Source: Pseudodesulfovibrio mercurii (GTDB lineage: Bacteria; Desulfobacterota; Desulfovibrionia; Desulfovibrionales; Desulfovibrionaceae). Taken from it: a stretch of 32,000 bases of DNA. Shown piece after piece: positions 22,673 through 30,667 of this stretch. Location: the NCBI RefSeq assembly GCF_000189295.2, contig NC_016803.1, forward strand, positions 720,001 through 752,000, written 5' to 3'. A model generated the notes under the pieces. The model made no database searches. It was given only the letters and a program-made list of their open reading frames with translations, and was not told the origin of the DNA. The translations under genes and the position numbers were made by a program. Position 1 is the stretch's first letter, and each line of letters begins with the position of its first letter.

Positions 22673-24775
22673 ATGATCACCGCTTCCGTACTGATCCTGC
22701 TCGGCATCGGCTTCACGTCCGCCGTCATCCTGGCCGTGGCCTCCAAGCTGCTCTACGTCTACGAGGACCCGCGCATCGCCCAGGTGGAAGGGGTGCTGGC
22801 CGGGGCCAACTGTGGCGGGTGCGGTTTCCCCGGCTGCTCCGGTGCGGCCCAGGGCGTGGTCGAGGGCAAGGCCGGGGCCACGGTCTGCGTCATCGGCGGC
22901 GACGCCGTGGCCGCCAAGGTGGCCGCCATCATGGGGCTGGAATTTTCCTCCATGGAAAAGCAGATCGCCTTTGTGGACTGCACCGGCGGCGTGCGCGCCG
23001 AGGAGGTCTACCGCTACGCCGGGGTCAAGGACTGCCGCGCCCAGCACATGCTCTACTCCGGCTCCAAGATGTGCCCCGAGGGATGCCTCGGCTTCGGCAC
23101 CTGCGTCACGGCCTGCCAGTTCGGGGCCATCGAGATGGGCCCCAACGGCTATCCCGTGGTGGACCCCAACCTGTGCACGGCCTGCGGCGGCTGCGCCCAG
23201 GTCTGCCCGCGCGGCGTGATCACCATCTGGGGCATGACCGCGCGCATCACCCACCTGAACCTGGAGACCGACTGCCTGGCCCCGTGCCGCCAGCGCTGTC
23301 CGGGACAGATCAACATCCCCCGGTACATCGAACAGGTCTCGCACGGCGACTACGCCGGGGCGCTGGAGACCATCCGCGAGCGCATCCCCATGCCCCTGTC
23401 CATCGGCCGGGTCTGCCCCCACCCCTGCGAGGGTGTCTGCCGCCGCGGCAACGTGGACGAGCCTGTGGGCATCAACATGATCAAGCGGTTCGCGGCGGAC
23501 TGGGAGATGAACTCCGGCGTCCGCCTGCCCATCACCTGCGCCCCGGACACCGGACGCAAGGTGGCCGTGGTCGGCGGCGGCCCGGCCGGGTTGTCCTGCG
23601 CCTTTTTCCTGCGCCGCCTGGGCCACCGCCCGACCATCTTCGAGTCCATGCCCAAGCTCGGCGGCCAGCTGCGCTACGGCATCCCGGAATACCGGCTGCC
23701 CAAGGCCGTGCTCGACTGGGAGATCCAGGGCATCCTGGACCTGGGCATCGACGTCAGATACGGGCAGTTCTTCGGCAAGGACTTTTCCCTGAACACCCTG
23801 CATGAGGACGGCTTCGAGGCCGTGTTCCTGGGCATCGGCGCGTGGATGAACCTGAACCTGCGCATCGACAACGAGGACGCCGAGGGCGTATCCACGGGCA
23901 CCGAGTTCCTGACCAAGGTGGGCCTGGGCATCGACACCGGCACGGGCCGGAAGGTCGTGGTCGTGGGCGGCGGCAACACCGCCATCGACGCGGCCCGGAC
24001 GAGCCTGCGCCTGGGCGCGGACGTGACCCTCATGTACCGCCGCACCCGGGACGAGATGCCCGCCAACATGGAGGAGATCGTCGGGGCCGAGGAGGAAGGC
24101 GTCAAATACCTCTTCCTGGCCGCACCCACGCGCATCGTCAAGGACGACGCGGGCCACGTGACCCACATCGAATACATCAAGATGGAGCTCGGCGAGCCCG
24201 ACCAGTCCGGCCGCCGCCGTCCCGTGCCCATCGAGGGGTCCGAGACCCTGATCGAGGCGGACACCGTGTACACGGCCATCGGCCAGAAGCCCGAACTCTC
24301 CTGCCTGTACGAAAACGGCGTCTGCCAGCTGGAGGAGACGCGCTGGCGCACCCTGGCCGCCGATTCCGACACCCTGCGCACGGCCATGCCCAACGTCTTC
24401 ACCGGCGGCGACATGCACACCGGCCCGGCCCTGGTCATCACCGCCCTGGGCGAAGGCCGCAAGGCGGCGCGGTCCATCCACCAGTACCTCAACGGCGAGA
24501 CGCCCCACGTGGACGCCCGCACCCAGCGCGACCTGCTGCCCTACACCATGTTCACCGACGTGCCGGACGTGGGCTTCCGCGAGCGGTCCAAGATGCCCCA
24601 CCTGGTGGAGTGCGACGAACGCGCCTGCACCTTCGACGAGATCGAGGGCGCCCTGAGCGAGGCCCAGGCCAAGCACGAGACCTGCCGCTGCCTGCGTTGC
24701 GGCCTGACCTGCTACAACCGGGACATGATCGACGGCCAGACCTGCACCAGCGGGGACTGTGTTAAAAATCAGTAA
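22673..24775 (+). CDS. rnfB: RnfB fused to a GltD/NfnB-like NAD(P)H-dependent FAD/Fe-S oxidoreductase module (700 aa)
   Basis: The N-terminus matches RnfB: TM helix, CGGCGFPGC cluster site and ferredoxin motif CTACGGCAQVCP. From about nt 23270 it becomes GltD-type: Fe-S region (CLAPCRQRCPGQINIP...GRVCPHPCEGVC), FAD motif VAVVGGGPAGLS, NAD(P)H motif VVVVGGGNTAIDAA and VFTGGD. A Cys-containing tail (ETCRCLRCGLTC) follows. Confidence 0.85.
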   Translation: MITASVLILLGIGFTSAVILAVASKLLYVYEDPRIAQVEGVLAGANCGGCGFPGCSGAAQGVVEGKAGATVCVIGGDAVAAKVAAIMGLEFSSMEKQIAFVDCTGGVRAEEVYRYAGVKDCRAQHMLYSGSKMCPEGCLGFGTCVTACQFGAIEMGPNGYPVVDPNLCTACGGCAQVCPRGVITIWGMTARITHLNLETDCLAPCRQRCPGQINIPRYIEQVSHGDYAGALETIRERIPMPLSIGRVCPHPCEGVCRRGNVDEPVGINMIKRFAADWEMNSGVRLPITCAPDTGRKVAVVGGGPAGLSCAFFLRRLGHRPTIFESMPKLGGQLRYGIPEYRLPKAVLDWEIQGILDLGIDVRYGQFFGKDFSLNTLHEDGFEAVFLGIGAWMNLNLRIDNEDAEGVSTGTEFLTKVGLGIDTGTGRKVVVVGGGNTAIDAARTSLRLGADVTLMYRRTRDEMPANMEEIVGAEEEGVKYLFLAAPTRIVKDDAGHVTHIEYIKMELGEPDQSGRRRPVPIEGSETLIEADTVYTAIGQKPELSCLYENGVCQLEETRWRTLAADSDTLRTAMPNVFTGGDMHTGPALVITALGEGRKAARSIHQYLNGETPHVDARTQRDLLPYTMFTDVPDVGFRERSKMPHLVECDERACTFDEIEGALSEAQAKHETCRCLRCGLTCYNRDMIDGQTCTSGDCVKNQ

Positions 24776-24782
24776 AAAAGGG

Positions 24783-24811
24783 TTGCAAAGCGCAGGACCA
24801 GGCGATATACA
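24783..24811 (+). promoter_or_regulatory. Sigma-70-like promoter for tRNA-Val
   Basis: TTGCAA (24783-24788), a 17-nt spacer, then TATACA (24806-24811), about 40 nt upstream of the tRNA 5' end. Confidence 0.5.
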
Positions 24812-24852
24812 GTTTCTCCCTTGAGGCGATGTCCCCGAGGAAAGACCAAAGT

Positions 24853-24929
24853 GGGCGATTAACTCAGCTGGTCAGAGTGCCATCTTCACACGGTGGAAGT
24901 CACAGGTTCAAATCCCGTATCGCCCACCA
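24853..24929 (+). tRNA. tRNA-Val (anticodon CAC), CCA encoded
   Basis: Cloverleaf folded by hand. The acceptor stem GGGCGAT/ATCGCCC is perfect. D arm is ACTC/GAGT, anticodon stem is CCATC/GGTGG with loop TTCACAC, and the T arm is ACAGG-TTCAAAT-CCCGT with one A-C mismatch. It ends ACCA. Confidence 0.9.
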
Positions 24930-24943
24930 CTTTGACAGAAAAA

Positions 24944-24976
24944 ACGGACGGTTGTCGCAAGCGTCCGTTTTTTTTC
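24944..24976 (+). terminator. Rho-independent terminator after tRNA-Val
   Basis: ACGGACG-gttgtcgcaag-CGTCCGT followed by T8. An A-run upstream may let it also act on the convergent - strand gene. Confidence 0.8.
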
Positions 24977-24992
24977 GCGTGAGCCTGGGCGC

Positions 24993-25355
24993 TCAGGCCA
25001 CGATCCATTCCAGGGCCTGATCGAGCTTTTCCGGCGGATAGAGCTTGACCTCGCAGTCCATGAGCAGTTCGCCCAGGCGGACGCCCCAGCGGACCCAGTC
25101 CGGACCGCCGACTACGGCCAGCCTGCGGAAATCCTTGCGGTGGGCCAGGCCGAACTTGGCGTCGTCCCACATGGCCTTGAACTCCCACCCCTTGAAGTCC
25201 GCGTCCATGAACAGCAGGGCGTCGGCCTTGCCGCCATCCCCAATGGCCTTTTCCAGGGCCGGAATCCAAACGTCCCTGTAGTCCGCGTCCGTCAGCTTGT
25301 CCGTGGCCCTGACCGCGACCATGGTCGGCGTGGATTGTTCCATAACGGTGATCAT
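24993..25355 (-). CDS. SpoIIAA-like/STAS-fold protein (DUF3478-type)
   Basis: VRATDKLTDADYRD...LLFMDADFKGWEFKAMWDDAKFGLAHRKDFRRLAVVGGPDW. The ATG at 25355 has an AAGGAGGA RBS 5 nt upstream. Confidence 0.7.
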   Translation of the reverse strand: MITVMEQSTPTMVAVRATDKLTDADYRDVWIPALEKAIGDGGKADALLFMDADFKGWEFKAMWDDAKFGLAHRKDFRRLAVVGGPDWVRWGVRLGELLMDCEVKLYPPEKLDQALEWIVA

Positions 25356-25430
25356 GCGAATCCTCCTTGTTCGGATACGACGATTCAGGGGGAACATACC
25401 CCATTTGCGGAGTTTTGGGAATGTCCGGGG

Positions 25431-27707
25431 CTAGCGGCCGAGGTGCCGGAGCAGTTCCGTTGCGGCCGTATCGCCGGGCGAGCGCTCCAGGATGCGCAGG
25501 GCCAGGTCGCGGGCCTTGTCCGGCCTGCCCGAGGCCAGGTAGAAATTGGCCAGGGCCACGAAATAGGCCTGGTTGTGCGGTGCGGCATCGAGCGCCCTCT
25601 TCATGGCCGCCTCGGCCTCGACCGGCCGCTTCAGGGCGAGCAGGACCTGGCCGTAGTTGTACTGGGCGCGCGCGTTTTCCGGCAGGTGCTCGGCGGCCCG
25701 GCCCAGGTAGGTCTCGGCGTCCGTGTAGCGCCCCATCTCGGCCAGGAGCAGCCCCAGGGAATAGGCCACTTCATACAGGTCCGGGCGCTGCACCGTGACC
25801 TCGCGCAGGAGCCGTTCGGCCCGGACGTTGTCGCCCTGCCGGTTGTAGAGCATGGCCAGGTTGACCTTGGCCGGATAGAAATGGTCGTCGATGGCGATGG
25901 CCTTGCGGTAGTCGCGCTCGGCCGCCGGGTCGTCGCCCCGGTTGACCGCCAGGTTGCCCAGGTTGTAGCGCTGGGCCGCGAAGTCGGCGTTGTAGCGCAG
26001 GCTCTGCCGATAGTCCTCGAGGTCCGCGCGGAAGGCTTCGCGGTCCGCCTCGCGCAGGTCGGACTCGGGCAGGGAGCTGAGCAGGGCCGCGGCCTCCATG
26101 CGCACGCCCTTGACCGGGTCGTACAGCTTGGGCGCGATGCGCCTGAGCCGGGTCTCGGCGTCGAAATAGGCCAGGCTGCGGATGGCGGTGTAGCGGATCA
26201 GGGCATCCGCGTCCTCCAGCCCACGAGCCAGGGCCGCGCGGCTCGCCTCCGAGGGGTAGTCGCGCAGCAGCTCCAGGGCCGTGGCCCGGACGATGGACGG
26301 CGACAGACCGTCCCCGGCCAGCCGGATGAGCTCCCCTTCGGCCTCGGGCCGGCCGGCCCGCCCCGCCGCGATGACCGTGCCGTAGTGCGGCTTGCGCTTC
26401 TCGCCGTACCACTTGGTCACGGCCTGGACGTTCCACGCCAGGGACTTGTCGTCGTGGCACCCCTTGGCCGAGCAGGCGTTGGGCGTGCCCAGGGTCACAC
26501 TCAGGTCCGGGCGCGGCACGCGCAGGCTGTGGTCGGCCCGCCGGTCGATGCCCATGTAGGTGCGCTCGGGCATGTGACAGCGGATGCACAGGTACCCTTC
26601 GCTCGGCTTGCCCTTGTCCTCCCTCTTGTGAAAATGGTGGCCCGGCGTGTCGTAGACCTCGGCCCGGTGGCACTGGGTGCACAGGTCGTTGCCCTCCTTG
26701 TGCCGCTTGAGGCCGTGCACGTCGTGGCAGTCGCCGCAGCGCACCCCGCGCGCGTACATCTTGCTCTGGACGAAGGAGCCGTAAACGTAGTCCTCGGCCT
26801 CGATCTGGCCGTCCGGGAAATACATGTCCCGGCCGAGAAGCTGCGGGACCATCAGGTCCAGAAGCTCGCCCTCCCCGTGCGAGTTGTCGCCCAGCTGGAA
26901 ACGCCGCGCATGGCACGGGGCGCAGATGCGGACCTGTTCCTCGTTGCCGATGCCCGAGGTGCACACGGTCAGGGCGTAGTTCGGGACATCGGCCCGGGCC
27001 AGGGGCGGCAGGTCGGCCCAGGCCACGTGTCTGGAGCCCGGCCCGTGGCAGGCCTCGCAGCCCACGTCGATCTCGGCCCAGGTGGTGTGGTAGGCGTCGG
27101 CCTCGGGGTCGTACCCCTTGCGCACGCGGGTGGAGTGGCACTCCGCGCACATGACGTTCCAGGTCTGGCCGCCGTTGGTCCAGTGAAGCCAGTCGCCGGG
27201 CCCCTGCACGTCGTAGGGCGGGAGCCGGTACCAGGCCCTGCGCTCCACGTCCCAGGCGATGTTCAGGCATTGCAGCCTGCCGCCGGGGAACGGGACCAGA
27301 TACTGTTGCAGGGGATAGACCCCGAAGGTGTAGGTGACCTCGAACTGGCCGGGCTTGCCGTCCGGTCCCTCGGTCTCGACGAAGAACCGTTTGTCGCGGC
27401 GGTAGAAACGCGAGACCACGCCGGAGTGGGGATCGGTGTAGGTCACGTTGTTGAAGTCGCCGAGCACCGTGTCCTCGGCGGCCGGTTCCATGGCCCGGTC
27501 GTGGTCGGAGCCACGCCACTTGTCGTAGGCCGCCTTGTGACATCGGGCGCAGGCCTCGGAGCCCACGAACCGGGCGGGTTCCTCCTGGGGGACGCCGGTG
27601 CGGGGCGGATGGAGATACAGGGCCGCCGCAGGAGAAAGCAGGATGAGCACGGCCGCGACCAGCGCGATGCGCTCCCAAACGGCCGATTCGTGAAATGGCG
27701 TGCTCAT
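25431..27707 (-). CDS. Membrane-anchored multiheme (about 8 hemes) cytochrome c with a C-terminal HEAT/TPR repeat domain
   Basis: Seven CxxCH motifs (CARCH, CAECH, CEACH, CAPCH, CGDCH, CTQCH, CIRCH) plus one CxxxxCH (CSAKGCH), with an N-terminal TM anchor. The last 290 aa or so (nt 25434-26300) are HEAT/TPR-like repeats. Confidence 0.85.
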   Translation of the reverse strand: MSTPFHESAVWERIALVAAVLILLSPAAALYLHPPRTGVPQEEPARFVGSEACARCHKAAYDKWRGSDHDRAMEPAAEDTVLGDFNNVTYTDPHSGVVSRFYRRDKRFFVETEGPDGKPGQFEVTYTFGVYPLQQYLVPFPGGRLQCLNIAWDVERRAWYRLPPYDVQGPGDWLHWTNGGQTWNVMCAECHSTRVRKGYDPEADAYHTTWAEIDVGCEACHGPGSRHVAWADLPPLARADVPNYALTVCTSGIGNEEQVRICAPCHARRFQLGDNSHGEGELLDLMVPQLLGRDMYFPDGQIEAEDYVYGSFVQSKMYARGVRCGDCHDVHGLKRHKEGNDLCTQCHRAEVYDTPGHHFHKREDKGKPSEGYLCIRCHMPERTYMGIDRRADHSLRVPRPDLSVTLGTPNACSAKGCHDDKSLAWNVQAVTKWYGEKRKPHYGTVIAAGRAGRPEAEGELIRLAGDGLSPSIVRATALELLRDYPSEASRAALARGLEDADALIRYTAIRSLAYFDAETRLRRIAPKLYDPVKGVRMEAAALLSSLPESDLREADREAFRADLEDYRQSLRYNADFAAQRYNLGNLAVNRGDDPAAERDYRKAIAIDDHFYPAKVNLAMLYNRQGDNVRAERLLREVTVQRPDLYEVAYSLGLLLAEMGRYTDAETYLGRAAEHLPENARAQYNYGQVLLALKRPVEAEAAMKRALDAAPHNQAYFVALANFYLASGRPDKARDLALRILERSPGDTAATELLRHLGR

Positions 27708-27726
27708 GGCGTTCCCCGTTCCCGTC

Positions 27727-28236
27727 CTAGAGCCGCACGGCCTGTTCCGCCCGGAAGCGGTCCCGGCGGCGGGGTGTGGCGCAGTCGACCTTGACCACGC
27801 CGTCCTCGATGCGCACGGCGAAGGTGTCCAGGGGCCGGGGCGCGGGGCCGGTCAGGACCTCGCCGGTCAGGCTGAAGGAGGAGCCGTGACAGGGGCAGAC
27901 GAACAGGTGCTTGTCCTCGTCCCAGGGCACGGAACAGCCCAGGTGGGTGCAGGTCCGCGACAGGGCCAGGAACCCGCCGTCCGCCAGACGGGCCAGGTAG
28001 AACCGCCCCTGGGGCACGGGCGTGACCGTGCCGGGCTTGAACGAGGCGGCCTCGCCCACGGTGACGATGCGCTCCGCCGCTTCGGGCCGGTCGCGGTCCC
28101 GACGGGCGCCCAGGAAGGACACGCCGAGCCAGGCGAATTCGGCCAGGCCGGCCAGGCCGAGAAATATCCAGAGCCGGTTGAGGAAGGTCCGGCGGGTCGT
28201 CAGTCCCGCGCCGTTCTTTTGCTCCCACTTGCTCAC
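27727..28236 (-). CDS. Rieske [2Fe-2S] protein with a Tat signal
   Basis: CTHLGC...CPCHGS cluster motifs and the twin-arginine motif TRRTFLNRL. The GTG at 28236 (GGGAGGG RBS) overlaps the cytochrome b stop as GTGA. Confidence 0.9.
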   Translation of the reverse strand: MSKWEQKNGAGLTTRRTFLNRLWIFLGLAGLAEFAWLGVSFLGARRDRDRPEAAERIVTVGEAASFKPGTVTPVPQGRFYLARLADGGFLALSRTCTHLGCSVPWDEDKHLFVCPCHGSSFSLTGEVLTGPAPRPLDTFAVRIEDGVVKVDCATPRRRDRFRAEQAVRL

Positions 28237-29540
28237 GACAACCCTCCCGCTGCGGCCGCCCCCTGCGCCCAGGGCGCGACCAGATGCATCTCCGCGCCCC
28301 GGAACCAGACGCCGACCACGGTCAGGGCGGCCAGGGCGGCGAAGCCCAGGACCAGCCCGGCCATGACCGCCTCGGCCCGGGTGCAGCCAAGGACCCTGAC
28401 CACCAGCCAGTACGCCCCGGCGGCCAGAACAAGCACGGCTGCCGTGGGGACCATCCCGCGCGTGACCAGGGTGTCCGTAAGCGGCGCGCCCGCCTGCGCA
28501 AGCGCGTTGTCCGCCAGGACCACGGCCAGGGCCAGACCAGCGCCCGTCAGGGCGGCGGCCAGGGCCAGCTCGCGCCCGCGCTCCGAGCCGAACCAGACCC
28601 CGCCGGGCAGAGCGCTGTCCGGCAGAAAGGGAACGAGCAGGAGCGTCACACCGGCCAAAAGCGGCCAGACAAAGACCGCGAACAAGGGATGGAGGTGCAG
28701 GAGCAACTCCTGGAACCCCTGGAAGTACCACGGGGCCTTGGTCGGGTTGGGGCTCATGCCCGGATTGGCCTGGGCCAGGAGCGGCGCGTTCCAGACCAGG
28801 GCCAGGAGCAGGACCAGGGCGATGAGGCCGAGCCCCACGGCGGCCTCGCGGGCCACCAGGTCCGGGACCACCGGCACGCGGCGCACGGGCTGGTCCCCTT
28901 CGGGCGCGCCGATGAGCCCGTGGGCCTTGCGCACCAGCCAGAAGTGCCAGACCAGCAGGACCAGCAGGCAGCCGGGAATGACGGCCACATGCAGGACGTG
29001 GAAGTTGGCCAGGGTGGCCGGGCCGATCTCCGCCCCGCCCCGGAAGAAAGTGCGCAGCCAGTCGCCGCACAGGGGGATGTAGCCGAGCATGGCCGTGGAG
29101 ATGGTCACGGCCCAGTAGGCCAGCTGGTCCCAGGGCAGCAGGTAGCCGGTGAAGTTGGCGGCCAGGACGAGGAAGAGCAGAAACAGGCCGATGACCCAGT
29201 TCAGGCGGCGGCCCGGCCCGAAGGCCCCGGTCAGGACCACGCGCAGCAGGTGGAGCACGGCCACGACCACCAGCAGGTTGGCCCCGGCGTGGTGGATGTT
29301 GCGCACCCAGTAGCCCAGGGGGACCTCGCGGCCCAGGGTCTGGACCGAGGCGTAGGCCCCGCCCGGGGTCGGCTCATAGGCCAGGAGCAGGAGTACGCCG
29401 GTCAGGAAGAGCAGCCCGATCAGGGTCACGGCCATGCCGCCCAATCCAAAGCTCAGGGAGAACCGGATCGTGGACAGCGGCACGGTGCGGGGGTGCAGAT
29501 GGAGGATGAGGTCGGTGATGGACTGTCTCGAGGGCCGCAT
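28233..29540 (-). CDS. Cytochrome b (fused b6-like and subunit-IV-like parts, with extra C-terminal TM helices)
   Basis: Helix-B His pair (IHHAGANLLVVVAVLH) and helix-D His pair with b6-type spacing (HVAVIPGCLLVLLVWH). It also has YLLPWDQ and a PEWY-equivalent APWYFQGFQELL. The product is 435 aa. Confidence 0.9.
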   Translation of the reverse strand: MRPSRQSITDLILHLHPRTVPLSTIRFSLSFGLGGMAVTLIGLLFLTGVLLLLAYEPTPGGAYASVQTLGREVPLGYWVRNIHHAGANLLVVVAVLHLLRVVLTGAFGPGRRLNWVIGLFLLFLVLAANFTGYLLPWDQLAYWAVTISTAMLGYIPLCGDWLRTFFRGGAEIGPATLANFHVLHVAVIPGCLLVLLVWHFWLVRKAHGLIGAPEGDQPVRRVPVVPDLVAREAAVGLGLIALVLLLALVWNAPLLAQANPGMSPNPTKAPWYFQGFQELLLHLHPLFAVFVWPLLAGVTLLLVPFLPDSALPGGVWFGSERGRELALAAALTGAGLALAVVLADNALAQAGAPLTDTLVTRGMVPTAAVLVLAAGAYWLVVRVLGCTRAEAVMAGLVLGFAALAALTVVGVWFRGAEMHLVAPWAQGAAAAGGLS

Positions 29541-29603
29541 GCGATATCCTTTGCCGGAGCGCCGCCCCCGCGACGCCCCGGTATGTTCCCGTGTCGGACG
29601 CCG

Positions 29604-30584
29604 CTACTTGGCGGCGGGGTAAATGGTCTTCCAGTCCTTTTTCATGTCCACCACGGTCCAGCCCGCCTGGGCGGCCGCGGCCAGGGCCTTCTCGGCCCCC
29701 TTGTCGTAGGCGAACTCGCGCTGGCCGTCCGTGTGGTGGACCAGCAGGGCAAAGCGCGCACCCTGTCCGGCGGTGGCGTACTGCAACATCTGCAGGTCCC
29801 CGTCGGAGTTGCCGAAGGCGGCCACGGGACGGCGGCCGATGTGCAGGTTGATGCCCACGGGCTTGCCTTCCTTGTCGTCAATGAAGTCCAGCTGGGCCTC
29901 ACGGAGGATGGCCGGCTTGCCGTCGCGCAACTCGAACTTCGTCTTGATCGAGCTGCCCACCACCTGCTCGGGCGGGACGCCGTACACCTTCTCGGTCCAG
30001 GGGCGCATGAACTCGATGCCGCCGCCGGACACGATGAAGGTCTTGAAGCCGTTGGCCCGCATGTAGTCCAGCAGCTCGAGCATGGGCTGATAGACCATCC
30101 CGGTGAAGAGCATCTTGGTCTGCGGGTGCCGGGCCGTGGCGATCCACTCCCGGACCAGGGCCTCGAACTCGTCAGTGGTCATGCCCGCGTGGGTGGCCAT
30201 GACCACTTCGAGCAGGGCCTTCATCCCGCCCTTCTCCACGCCCTTCATATCACCTTTGAGCAGCGATGCGAAGGGCTCCTGCGTCTTCCATTCCGGATGA
30301 TCCGGAGCGAGCTGCCGGACCCGGTCCAGGGCGAAGAACAGCTGGGCGTAGAGGGGTTTTTCCGCCCACAGGGTGCCGTCGTTGTCGAAGGTCGCGATCC
30401 GCTCGGGGACCGGGATGAAATCCGGCCCGCCCTCAAGGGTGGTCCGGGTGACGAAATCCATGACCGCCCGTTTGGCCGGGCCGTCGTTCCAGGAAGGCAG
30501 CGGGTCCGCCGCAAGGGCCGGCAGGCCGAAGGCGATGACGAAAATCAGGATGAGCAGGCTGGAGGCATATCGACGCAGGCGCAT
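29604..30584 (-). CDS. Secreted HAD-superfamily hydrolase
   Basis: Signal peptide (LLILIFVIAFGLPALA), HAD motif I FDNDGTLW, and later motifs VSGG and GNSDGD. Confidence 0.8.
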   Translation of the reverse strand: MRLRRYASSLLILIFVIAFGLPALAADPLPSWNDGPAKRAVMDFVTRTTLEGGPDFIPVPERIATFDNDGTLWAEKPLYAQLFFALDRVRQLAPDHPEWKTQEPFASLLKGDMKGVEKGGMKALLEVVMATHAGMTTDEFEALVREWIATARHPQTKMLFTGMVYQPMLELLDYMRANGFKTFIVSGGGIEFMRPWTEKVYGVPPEQVVGSSIKTKFELRDGKPAILREAQLDFIDDKEGKPVGINLHIGRRPVAAFGNSDGDLQMLQYATAGQGARFALLVHHTDGQREFAYDKGAEKALAAAAQAGWTVVDMKKDWKTIYPAAK

Positions 30585-30606
30585 TCTTTCTCTCCTTCGG
30601 GAATGG

Positions 30607-30641
30607 CCCGCCCCCGGAGGCCTGGGACCTCCGGGGGCGGG
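30607..30641 (-). terminator. Strong GC hairpin after the sulfatase gene (possible terminator)
   Basis: A perfect 14-bp stem, CCCGCCCCCGGAGG with CCTCCGGGGGCGGG, and a 7-nt loop. There is no clear T tract. Confidence 0.45.
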
Positions 30642-30667
30642 TGTTCATGGTGTATCCGGTACGCTCC

